From NCBI GenBank assembly GCA_040755455.1, contig JBFMAY010000052.1, positions 1-22,512 on the forward strand: a stretch of DNA of 22,512 nucleotides. Reading direction: 5' to 3'. The notes below the pieces were generated by a model. That model saw nothing but the letters and a program-made list of their open reading frames with translations. It was not told where the DNA came from and did not search any database. The position numbers and the translations under genes are program-made. Of the stretch, positions 9,606 to 17,278 are shown piece by piece. This stretch comes from Thermodesulfobacteriota bacterium (GTDB lineage Bacteria > Desulfobacterota > Desulfobulbia > Desulfobulbales > SURF-16). Each line of letters begins with the position of its first letter. Position 1 is the stretch's first letter.

Positions 9606-10769
9606 TTAAACCACAGAGGAATTAGACGACCATACAGGGCGTCCCAACGCCGTTTCGTAAGCATGCGCGTAACGCCGCGATGATTGTTCCAGCGAATAGC
9701 GCATGCACGCAAAATCATGCGATCTACGAATCATATCATCATGCCGACTGCGATGTTCATAGCAGGCGAGCATCTTCCGACACAGATCTTCTGCATCGCC
9801 AACGGTAAAAAATGTGCCATTATCCTCCCCCACCACCTCAACAAGGGTCTCAATCCTCGAGGCAATAACCTCAATCTGGCCGATCATCGCCTCGGCAATT
9901 GCATTACAAAAACCTTCCCATCGCGAACTTACAACAAAAATATCAAACGCACACAATTCCTCATAAGCCCTTGCGCGGGGTAAGCTCCCGTAAAAAAAAA
10001 CCTTCTCACGTATTCCCAACTTCTCACTCAAGGTCTCCAGTTTGCGGCGCAATGGACCGTCACCGACCAGTCTCAATTCGGAATCGATCTTTCTGCTGAA
10101 AGATGCAAAAGCCCTGATCATAGTTTCATGATCCTTGGCACACGACAGTCTTCCTACAGAACCCACCACAAAAACACCTTCACGACCTGCCCCGGCAACA
10201 CCGGGCCGACATGCCCGTCTCACCTTCTCCAAGTTCACACCATTGTAAATCACCACCATCTCAACCTTCCGAAAGAAGCGCTCCCGTATGCCATCCAGGC
10301 TTCTCTTCGTATTGTTCGAATTACAGACAACGAGATCCGCCGCCATACACATCAGCAGAAAACACAACTTCTGCGCCCGGTTGTAGAATCCGTAGTCGCT
10401 GTGTAAGGTGACAACAATCCTCGTTTTCGAAAAAAGACGGCCTATCACGGTTGATGCCAGGCCGCTGAAGCTGTGGTGAACATGAATGATATCCGGCTTT
10501 TCCTTGAGCAGAAGTCCTGCCAATTTTAATATGTTGAATGGTAAAAAACCTTTACTGTGCAGGCCATGCAGAATCAACGAGTTATCATGATGATATTCTC
10601 TTGCGGTCAATCCATGCAATTTCTCCTGATCCTGACAGAATGATACAACATGCTTTTCGAATCTACCTGCATCGATGTTGACAAAATTCTCCAAAGGAAT
10701 CGTCGCCTCAGAACAACTGTTAAAAACAGCGAAAACCTTCGTCTTCCGTTCATCCCCTGACAACTGCAT
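9606..10769 (-). CDS. Glycosyltransferase family 4
   Basis: PDIIHVH, VIYNGV, GSVGRL..AKDH and SSRWEGFCNAIAEAM. Confidence 0.9.
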   Translation of the reverse strand: MQLSGDERKTKVFAVFNSCSEATIPLENFVNIDAGRFEKHVVSFCQDQEKLHGLTAREYHHDNSLILHGLHSKGFLPFNILKLAGLLLKEKPDIIHVHHSFSGLASTVIGRLFSKTRIVVTLHSDYGFYNRAQKLCFLLMCMAADLVVCNSNNTKRSLDGIRERFFRKVEMVVIYNGVNLEKVRRACRPGVAGAGREGVFVVGSVGRLSCAKDHETMIRAFASFSRKIDSELRLVGDGPLRRKLETLSEKLGIREKVFFYGSLPRARAYEELCAFDIFVVSSRWEGFCNAIAEAMIGQIEVIASRIETLVEVVGEDNGTFFTVGDAEDLCRKMLACYEHRSRHDDMIRRSHDFACMRYSLEQSSRRYAHAYETALGRPVWSSNSSVV

Positions 10770-12075
10770 CGCAATTCCCCTCCTTCAAACACGCAACGCT
10801 GAAAATCGCCAGCAATACCCACAGAAACGGATGTTGAATGGTTGATATCACCGTCAGATGCAAGACCGCAGAGATAAATCCGACCAGAACCCAATACTTG
10901 GCGGCCACATTTGAGGCGAGAATCCTCGCAAAACAACACAACAAAAATGTCCCGAATGGCACTATACTCAAAATCCCGGACTCAACCGTCAGGAACAGAT
11001 ACCAGTTGGTGCTGCTGCCCTGTTCTGCGGTCGAAAGCGCTCCCGGGCCGATTCCCTCTAGAGGATGATCCTCTATACTCTCCAGAGCCATTCGCCAACG
11101 ACTCATTCGATCATGCGCCGAAGATGTCCCTGTAAGTGTTACCTTGTCGACTAAAGGCTCTGCAAAATCTTGAATATGTAAAAGACGTTCCGGCGTATAA
11201 AAAAACAATAATCCCGCAATACAAAGAACAGCCATCACTATACGGCGCAAGGGCATGTTGATGATGCCTATCCACCTCGGAGACTGGTCAAATTTCTGCG
11301 CTGTCTGCCTCGAAAACATATCTGAATCCCACAACTTTTTCGAAAGCGCTTTCCGTTTTGCGATGATCCAACCTGCTCCCCGTATCACGGTGACAATAAA
11401 GACGCTCAATGCCATAAACACAACACCGGCCGCGCTGAATGTGGTCAGCCATGCAAAGCCCACTATCGACGACAGCACTCCCTTGATGATAAATCCACCC
11501 CTTCTCATCCGCCACAGTTGCCACAATGCCAAAGGGCCCAGGGTATTGAAATAATAACAAAGAATAGTTGGTTCCGTGGCCAGCCCATAGCTTCGCCGAA
11601 AAATAATGTTATATGTGGCACTGGCTGGTTTCACTCGAGGTATAAATTGCTGGATATCAACCCCCCGATACGCGTACAGCAGAAAATCAGTGACCGTAAA
11701 TACTGCTACAAGCAGCACCGCAGCCATATTGACCCATAACAATTTTTCCACAGATGTATTTTTGTACAGCAACAGTTTCAGAGCAAAATATCCAGCCCCG
11801 AAAATATAAAAATACGCCATGAGATAGTTCATCGTCTTTGGATTCGGGTGCAGTATGGCGGATATCATAATCATCATCAACCCGATACAAATAAATGCAT
11901 CCTCACTGCCATAAAGCCCTCTGGGGACGACACTGTCATTCGCCAGACGGGGTATATAAAGAATCACAGCCGTAACCAGCAGCACCACATGCAACGGGAA
12001 CCATTCCCCGATCACAAAAGATCCGGTCCAGCTCACAAAGAAGATATAAAGGTACAATACCAAAGCTAATGCCAT
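10750..12075 (-). CDS. O-antigen polymerase/ligase-family membrane protein (Wzy-like)
   Basis: Multi-TM; RSYGLATEP, SAHDR..RW and HPLEGIGPG (Wzy_C-like); context with wzx and wzz. Confidence 0.75.
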   Translation of the reverse strand: MALALVLYLYIFFVSWTGSFVIGEWFPLHVVLLVTAVILYIPRLANDSVVPRGLYGSEDAFICIGLMMIMISAILHPNPKTMNYLMAYFYIFGAGYFALKLLLYKNTSVEKLLWVNMAAVLLVAVFTVTDFLLYAYRGVDIQQFIPRVKPASATYNIIFRRSYGLATEPTILCYYFNTLGPLALWQLWRMRRGGFIIKGVLSSIVGFAWLTTFSAAGVVFMALSVFIVTVIRGAGWIIAKRKALSKKLWDSDMFSRQTAQKFDQSPRWIGIINMPLRRIVMAVLCIAGLLFFYTPERLLHIQDFAEPLVDKVTLTGTSSAHDRMSRWRMALESIEDHPLEGIGPGALSTAEQGSSTNWYLFLTVESGILSIVPFGTFLLCCFARILASNVAAKYWVLVGFISAVLHLTVISTIQHPFLWVLLAIFSVACLKEGNCDAVVRG

Positions 12076-12076
12076 T

Positions 12077-13033
12077 TCAATCCGTTACCCGCAAGTTACG
12101 TCCTCGAAGGGCACGCTTTCTATTAAATACATTCAGCAGTGCGTACTTACCCCACAGAAAGATATACATTATCTTCTTTTCCAGCCGCCAATACCGGTCG
12201 ATTCCATGATCCTTCAAAACCGCCAGTTTTTCCTTCGAAATGACCCCCGAAGAGGTAATGCTCGCCGCATGCACCCTGAAATAGGTTACCGGCATGTTAA
12301 TGTATTGCAAACGGCAATATTTCAGGCAGCGCAAGATAAAGTCATAATCCGAGGCATAACGATACCGTGTATCATACACCCCCGTCTTTTCAATACAATT
12401 ACGACGGACAAAAAGGGCCGGATGAGGCACAAATGTCCCCCCTTGTGACAGCAGATAACGCCGGTACCCGACCTGAAATACTTTTTTGTATCGCGTGTGC
12501 GTTGCATACAACCGTATTAAGTCGCCATATACTCCCCCGACATCAGGAGATATCCGCAGCCACTTAACCATCTGACTGACAACATCTTCGTTGATATATC
12601 TATCGTCTGAATTCAATACCGCTATGATTTCGCCGCGTGACTGCGCTATGCCCTTATTTATCGCCTCGTACATACTCCCATCGGGCTCACTCAGCCAGAA
12701 GTCGATCCTGTCGTCATACCGGCGCAGTATATCCACTGTGCCATCGGTCGAGCAGCCGTCAACGACAATATATTCAATATTGTCGTACCGCTGGGTAATC
12801 ACACTCTCGATCGTCTCCGTAAAGTACTTCTCGCTGTTAAAAGTCGTCGTAATAACGCTTACCAGCGGTCTATCGCCGAGTGATTTCTTGAAATATCCCT
12901 TTGAACGCAGCCCACCGCACGTCTGCGACTGTCGGAATCCGCACAACATCCCGCCGCATGTCGCTTCTCCCGGCAGCAATAGTCGCGTAGTCGCGTACTT
13001 GTCATTAAGAGTAACAAACCCATCCACAGACAT
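12077..13033 (-). CDS. Glycosyltransferase family 2 (WcaE-like)
   Basis: PLVSVITTTFN, VVDGCSTDGT, SEPDGSMYEAINKG, LNSDD and ASDYDF; ATG 13033 preferred over TTG 13039. Confidence 0.9.
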   Translation of the reverse strand: MSVDGFVTLNDKYATTRLLLPGEATCGGMLCGFRQSQTCGGLRSKGYFKKSLGDRPLVSVITTTFNSEKYFTETIESVITQRYDNIEYIVVDGCSTDGTVDILRRYDDRIDFWLSEPDGSMYEAINKGIAQSRGEIIAVLNSDDRYINEDVVSQMVKWLRISPDVGGVYGDLIRLYATHTRYKKVFQVGYRRYLLSQGGTFVPHPALFVRRNCIEKTGVYDTRYRYASDYDFILRCLKYCRLQYINMPVTYFRVHAASITSSGVISKEKLAVLKDHGIDRYWRLEKKIMYIFLWGKYALLNVFNRKRALRGRNLRVTD

Positions 13034-13059
13034 AGTCAAATCTTGGATCCAAATCGACC

Positions 13060-13944
13060 TTACTTAGTTCTCTTCATCCAGAAACACCCGGGCCAGCCTG
13101 CGCCCCCGGCCTCCAACCCCACAAGCGAATCGGCCATCTCCCTCGGATACTTATCATACATATAATTTCCTGCAAACATGATCTCAAAACTATCGTTGAA
13201 CGCCAGAAACATCTGCAGAAGATACTGCTCGTTCCAGAACTTCTTCGCCTTGAGCACCCAATTCTTCGGGTAATCCAAAGGAAATCGTATGTCATGTATA
13301 TGAATGATCGTCCCTACCGGCACCTTTGGCAGTAACGACAGATATAGGTAATGCACGTCGTTGCCTATTTTGACCACATGCGAACTGTCGATAAAGAGGA
13401 TATCACCCGGTTCCAGCGACTCAAACAACTCAGTGTCAACGTCTTCCACTTTACTTTCGATCAACATAATATCCTTGCTGTCAGCGGCCAGCTTTTTCAG
13501 CGTCGGTTTGGGGTACGGCTCAATTGAGATGATTCTACCTTTCACCCCATCTGCTATGGCGTTCTTTTGCAACGCTTTCCAAACGATCCTCGTCGAATTA
13601 CCGGATCCCACTTCGATTACTTTCCCGGGTCTCAACTCCCTGACCATTCCGTAAAGAAGTGCTCCGTCTCCATTGGAGGCATATCCACTGTCGGTATGAA
13701 TAACCTTATATTCCTCCTTATATCGTGATATCCTCTCAAGCAATGCAAGCAATGCCGAATCGCATATTCGTATACCCTCCAGCGAAAAACGCCTGTTAAA
13801 ATCATAGCGCGACAACGACCTTGTATCCGGCGTCGGCCAATAAAAATGATTGGGAGATACATGCACACCGATCGATTCCCAAATCCGCCACGTCCGGATG
13901 CAAAAATGCCTAATTATTTTTTCTTTCAGCTTATTGAAACTCAT
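13060..13944 (-). CDS. Class I SAM-dependent methyltransferase (Methyltransf_24-like)
   Basis: VIEVGSGNST, SIEPYP, LFIDSSH and IHIHDI; SD-like AGAAAGGGCGG upstream. Confidence 0.85.
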   Translation of the reverse strand: MSFNKLKEKIIRHFCIRTWRIWESIGVHVSPNHFYWPTPDTRSLSRYDFNRRFSLEGIRICDSALLALLERISRYKEEYKVIHTDSGYASNGDGALLYGMVRELRPGKVIEVGSGNSTRIVWKALQKNAIADGVKGRIISIEPYPKPTLKKLAADSKDIMLIESKVEDVDTELFESLEPGDILFIDSSHVVKIGNDVHYLYLSLLPKVPVGTIIHIHDIRFPLDYPKNWVLKAKKFWNEQYLLQMFLAFNDSFEIMFAGNYMYDKYPREMADSLVGLEAGGAGWPGCFWMKRTK

Positions 13945-14014
13945 ATCCGCCCTTTCTTAATATAAAGACAAAGAACTCTTTCCTTGTCCTCGGGTAAGGG
14001 ATTCATGTATTTGA

Positions 14015-14074
14015 GTAAAGAATCCGGGCCCTGAGTGCCCGGCTTTGGTCACCCCCATAGGGGGTTTGCTTTAC
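14015..14074 (-). ncRNA. Candidate cis-regulatory three-way-junction RNA, loosely GEMM (c-di-GMP-I)-like
   Basis: Minus strand GTAAAG CAA ACCCCC-TAT-GGGGGT GACCAAAG CCGGGC-ACTCAGG-GCCCGG ATT CTTTAC, ending 70 nt before the first glycan gene. It lacks the canonical GNRA loop and receptor. Confidence 0.3.
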
Positions 14075-14262
14075 CTTGATCCCAGATAACCTGGGCTCAC
14101 TTTAACCCAATTGCCTCTGAGGTATCTCCGCGTTCTATATACGAAACCGATACGATGACAATCATTTTGGTTATTCAGACTGTTTATAAAATTTTTCTGA
14201 GAAACTCTTTGGCTACTCCAAGTTTAGAGCTGAGGAGACATCTTCACTTGAGAGTACCATAA

Positions 14263-14363
14263 CCCTACAACGCAAGTTGTTGACTTGATGACTACATGTT
14301 GTGCTGTTTGTACCTTTCCGTACACCATATGTGGTATGCAAATTTCCAAGTTGCGTTGTAGGG
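14263..14363. mobile_element. MITE (101 bp), ATAA target duplication, same TIR family as 1397-1620
   Basis: TIRs CCCTACAACGCAAGTTG / CAAGTTGCGTTGTAGGG (16/17); ATAA at 14259-14262 and 14364-14367. Confidence 0.9.
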
Positions 14364-14396
14364 ATAATCGTTCAGAGGGCATAGCCTCTGAACCTG

Positions 14397-14422
14397 AACC
14401 TTGCCCTGAGGGCAAGGTTTTT
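14397..14422 (+). terminator. Perfect 10-bp hairpin running into a T tract (possible plus-strand terminator or leader hairpin)
   Basis: AACCTTGCCC-TGA-GGGCAAGGTT-TTT. Confidence 0.35.
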
Positions 14423-14559
14423 AATCCCGAATAAATTAATTTATTGGGAGACAGGATGCCGTGTCCAGTTGCACTGATATTTTTTTTGCCCACTTTAATG
14501 CATCAGCACAACCTGTTACTTCTTACTTTTCACAAGCCACTCGATAATTGCTTGAAGGA

Positions 14560-16039
14560 CAATGTCATTAACTTAAAGAATTGGTTTGTAGTTTAACGAA
14601 TATTTTCGTTGTGATCGTTTATGGTTACGCAGATATTTTCTGCCTGGCCTGACCGGTTCGATTGCCGAGGCAATTGTTGTCAGCAGATTGCATATGATTT
14701 TTTGCACAATGGCACCTGTTCTTTGAAAAAGCAGCACAATGCTATCGCGCATCGTGGAGAGCGCCTGGGTGAAATTGATTTGATAGCTCTGCTTCCGCTC
14801 AGCGGTTGACAATTCAACCTGCTCCTGAGCGGTAAAGGTCAGCATGGCGGTCAGATTTTTGGAAAAGACACGGGCATGGAAATCCTGGTATACGGACAAG
14901 GCGCTTTTGCCCGTAAAGTTTTCGATCTCGATCCGGCATTTCATGGTTTTGTAATCTTCTTCCACTAGCCATCGGTCATGGTAGAGACTGGCAAAGAGAT
15001 GATGGGGGTATTGCTCCATATCGGTCAGTGAGGTGATGAGCACTTCCGCTTCCCCTGATTCCAGTTCAACTCGCACCAGGCGTACTTGTATTGGGCGGGT
15101 ATCCAAGCCGTGATTCTGGCAGGCTTCAAGAGAGGTGAGCGGCACATTGAGGGTGACCAGTTGTTCACGTTTGCCGGATTCCATGAATGTACGGATGAGC
15201 CTCCATTTTTTGATGGAAATTCTGGCGCAGAAATGAGCACCCTTGGAGAGGATAAGCTTGAATATCCAGAAAGCAGGATAGCCACGATCCAGCAAGACAA
15301 GATCATGGATAGTGAGGTGTTCGAAATGGCTGGCCGCCATGTCCCTTTCTCCGGTGCTCTTCGGACCGATGATGGCATGTGTGGTCACTTTGTTGAGCGG
15401 ATCAAACATCTGAGAGATCCGGGCCATGGGAACGGGATCGCCCTGCCGTGGGTTCCACACACCGAAATGATCGGCAATGTCAGGGGTGGTGGGTAGCTTG
15501 ACAGTTGAACCGTCAACAGATTTGAGGAAAAAACCGTGCCATGTTCTGGGATGAAAATGCTGGTTGAAATAACCGATAGCCTCCTGATTGAGCAGGGTGA
15601 AGGCTTCATGTTTGATTTTTTTCCTGGCTTTGCAGAGGGCCGCTTTGGAGACCATCTTTTGAGCAACGGTGGAACCGGAGAGGATTTTAAAGAATTTGTT
15701 GAGTTCAGGCTGATAGGAACTTTTGAGGAAATTACAGAAGAAGAGGATGAGAGAGGTGAACGGCAACGATCTGTTGCGGCTGAAATCAGCGGGATTGTGA
15801 CGGCTTTGCTGGAGAAATTCCCGCGAGAATATTATTTTTTTAATAAAATCAACAAGATTGGCACACACCTCGCAAAACAGGTTCCGTGCCAAAGTGGCGA
15901 CTGTTTTCAAAAAAATGAGCCATGTTTCCTTCCTTTTTAAAATAGAGTTATTCAAGTGAAATAATATGGCTAAATTTAACACTAACATAATGAAATTACA
16001 AGCATTTTTTGATAAAAATTCCTTAAGTTAATGACATTG
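14560..16039 (-). mobile_element. IS4-family element copy B (1480 bp, complete)
   Basis: Perfect 17-bp IRs CAATGTCATTAACTTAA (14560-14576) / TTAAGTTAATGACATTG (16023-16039); 10-bp TSD GCTTGAAGGA at 14550-14559 and 16040-16049. Confidence 0.95.
14573..15988 (-). CDS. IS4-family DDE transposase (start uncertain; possible 5' frameshift)
   Basis: SVDGS, LLDRGY and YHDRWLVEEDYK (YREK signature); the stop codon lies within the IR. Confidence 0.92.
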   Translation of the reverse strand: MLVLNLAILFHLNNSILKRKETWLIFLKTVATLARNLFCEVCANLVDFIKKIIFSREFLQQSRHNPADFSRNRSLPFTSLILFFCNFLKSSYQPELNKFFKILSGSTVAQKMVSKAALCKARKKIKHEAFTLLNQEAIGYFNQHFHPRTWHGFFLKSVDGSTVKLPTTPDIADHFGVWNPRQGDPVPMARISQMFDPLNKVTTHAIIGPKSTGERDMAASHFEHLTIHDLVLLDRGYPAFWIFKLILSKGAHFCARISIKKWRLIRTFMESGKREQLVTLNVPLTSLEACQNHGLDTRPIQVRLVRVELESGEAEVLITSLTDMEQYPHHLFASLYHDRWLVEEDYKTMKCRIEIENFTGKSALSVYQDFHARVFSKNLTAMLTFTAQEQVELSTAERKQSYQINFTQALSTMRDSIVLLFQRTGAIVQKIICNLLTTIASAIEPVRPGRKYLRNHKRSQRKYSLNYKPIL

Positions 16040-16077
16040 GCTTGAAGGACATAAAAATTGACATCAATTTGTATTAT

Positions 16078-17094
16078 TTATTGAAAGTTACGGATAAAAG
16101 CGGAGAATACTCCAAGCACTATACCACCAATAAATCCAAGCGAAATAATCAATCTCTTTTTTGGTTTAAATGGATTTTTTGGTATGACTGAATCCTCAAT
16201 TTCAACAAGTTTGATATTCTCTGTTTCAATTTTCAAATCACTTAACTGGTTCAGTTTTTCCTGAAGTTCAGGCAAGGAAGCAATAAATGGATCGTCATTT
16301 TGTCTCTGCTGTAAAGTTGTAATTTCTACAGAAAGCGCCTCTGCTCCTCGAAAATAAGGAGGAATTTCGTCAACCGCATAGAAACTTTCTCCAATAGGTT
16401 TGATTATCCGCAGTTTCGTGGCAATTTCCCTGGCTTCAATGAGTTGAGCAATACGATTTTGCCTCAAATTAATTGCAATTTTTCGTGCAAGATCAATTTT
16501 CCCCTGCAACTTCTTTTGTTCCTCAACATTTGCCTGAGAAATCGAATCAATAATTTTTTGCAGAGTATATGTATGGATAAAATGGATATAGGTGTTTATC
16601 ATCTTCGCCATATCTTCAGGATTTTTCCCCTGCACACTAATGAAAGCCTGTAAAGGTTCCACAGGCCCCCTTGGGATATTTTGCCCAATTATCTTCAGGC
16701 TTGTCAGATAATCTATGTGAGAGGTCTCAGGCAAGTTTGTTTTTTTTGCATTTTCCATGAAGAGATCTTGGAGGGACTTGCTTTCAAGGTTGTCAAGCAT
16801 TTGAGAAAATATCTGTTTTGGGATCAAGGCATTTTCTTCTGATGTATAGAAATTAAGCGCCATGATGTCAAAAGGCGAAAGTTCCCTGACAACAGCTTTA
16901 GCCTCATATTGGGGAGGAATCAGAAAACAATAGAGTATGGCGGTAAGTATTGCACATAAAGTTACAGCCATGATCAGAAAGCGCTGTTTTACCAGGAAGC
17001 GCAAGATATCGATTAAATCAATTCCATTTTCCTGGGGCTTTCGAAAGTATGGGCAGTTTACTGAGGGTGAGAGATTGTTTTTATCGTCATGCAT
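16078..17094 (-). CDS. wzz: Polysaccharide chain-length determinant (Wzz/FepE family)
   Basis: IDLIDILRFL plus N-terminal TM, PPQYEAKA, coiled-coil middle, C-terminal PKNPFKPKKRLIISLGFIGGIVLG; ATG 17094 preferred. Confidence 0.88.
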   Translation of the reverse strand: MHDDKNNLSPSVNCPYFRKPQENGIDLIDILRFLVKQRFLIMAVTLCAILTAILYCFLIPPQYEAKAVVRELSPFDIMALNFYTSEENALIPKQIFSQMLDNLESKSLQDLFMENAKKTNLPETSHIDYLTSLKIIGQNIPRGPVEPLQAFISVQGKNPEDMAKMINTYIHFIHTYTLQKIIDSISQANVEEQKKLQGKIDLARKIAINLRQNRIAQLIEAREIATKLRIIKPIGESFYAVDEIPPYFRGAEALSVEITTLQQRQNDDPFIASLPELQEKLNQLSDLKIETENIKLVEIEDSVIPKNPFKPKKRLIISLGFIGGIVLGVFSAFIRNFQ

Positions 17095-17153
17095 TATAGT
17101 AATTAATTCTAAATGAAGCGTGAACAATTTATTGAGAATGAAATGCGAGTGTT

Positions 17154-17162
17154 ATTATATCA
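17154..17162 (-). promoter_or_regulatory. Extended -10 sigma70-type promoter candidate for wzz
   Basis: Minus strand TG-A-TATAAT, 60 nt upstream of ATG 17094; no good -35 seen. Confidence 0.45.
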
Positions 17163-17278
17163 AAAAACAGCCTGACTGGCCACAGTGAAGTTAATTTGTG
17201 CATAAAAAAAACATTATGGCATCTGAAGGGACGTGCTGTAATGAGGGAGAAACACCATATATTTACCACCAGTATCAA

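Noticed and set aside
14224..14493. 89-aa minus-strand ORF in the leader
   Set aside because: Spans the MITE and hairpins, has a non-ATG start and no motifs.
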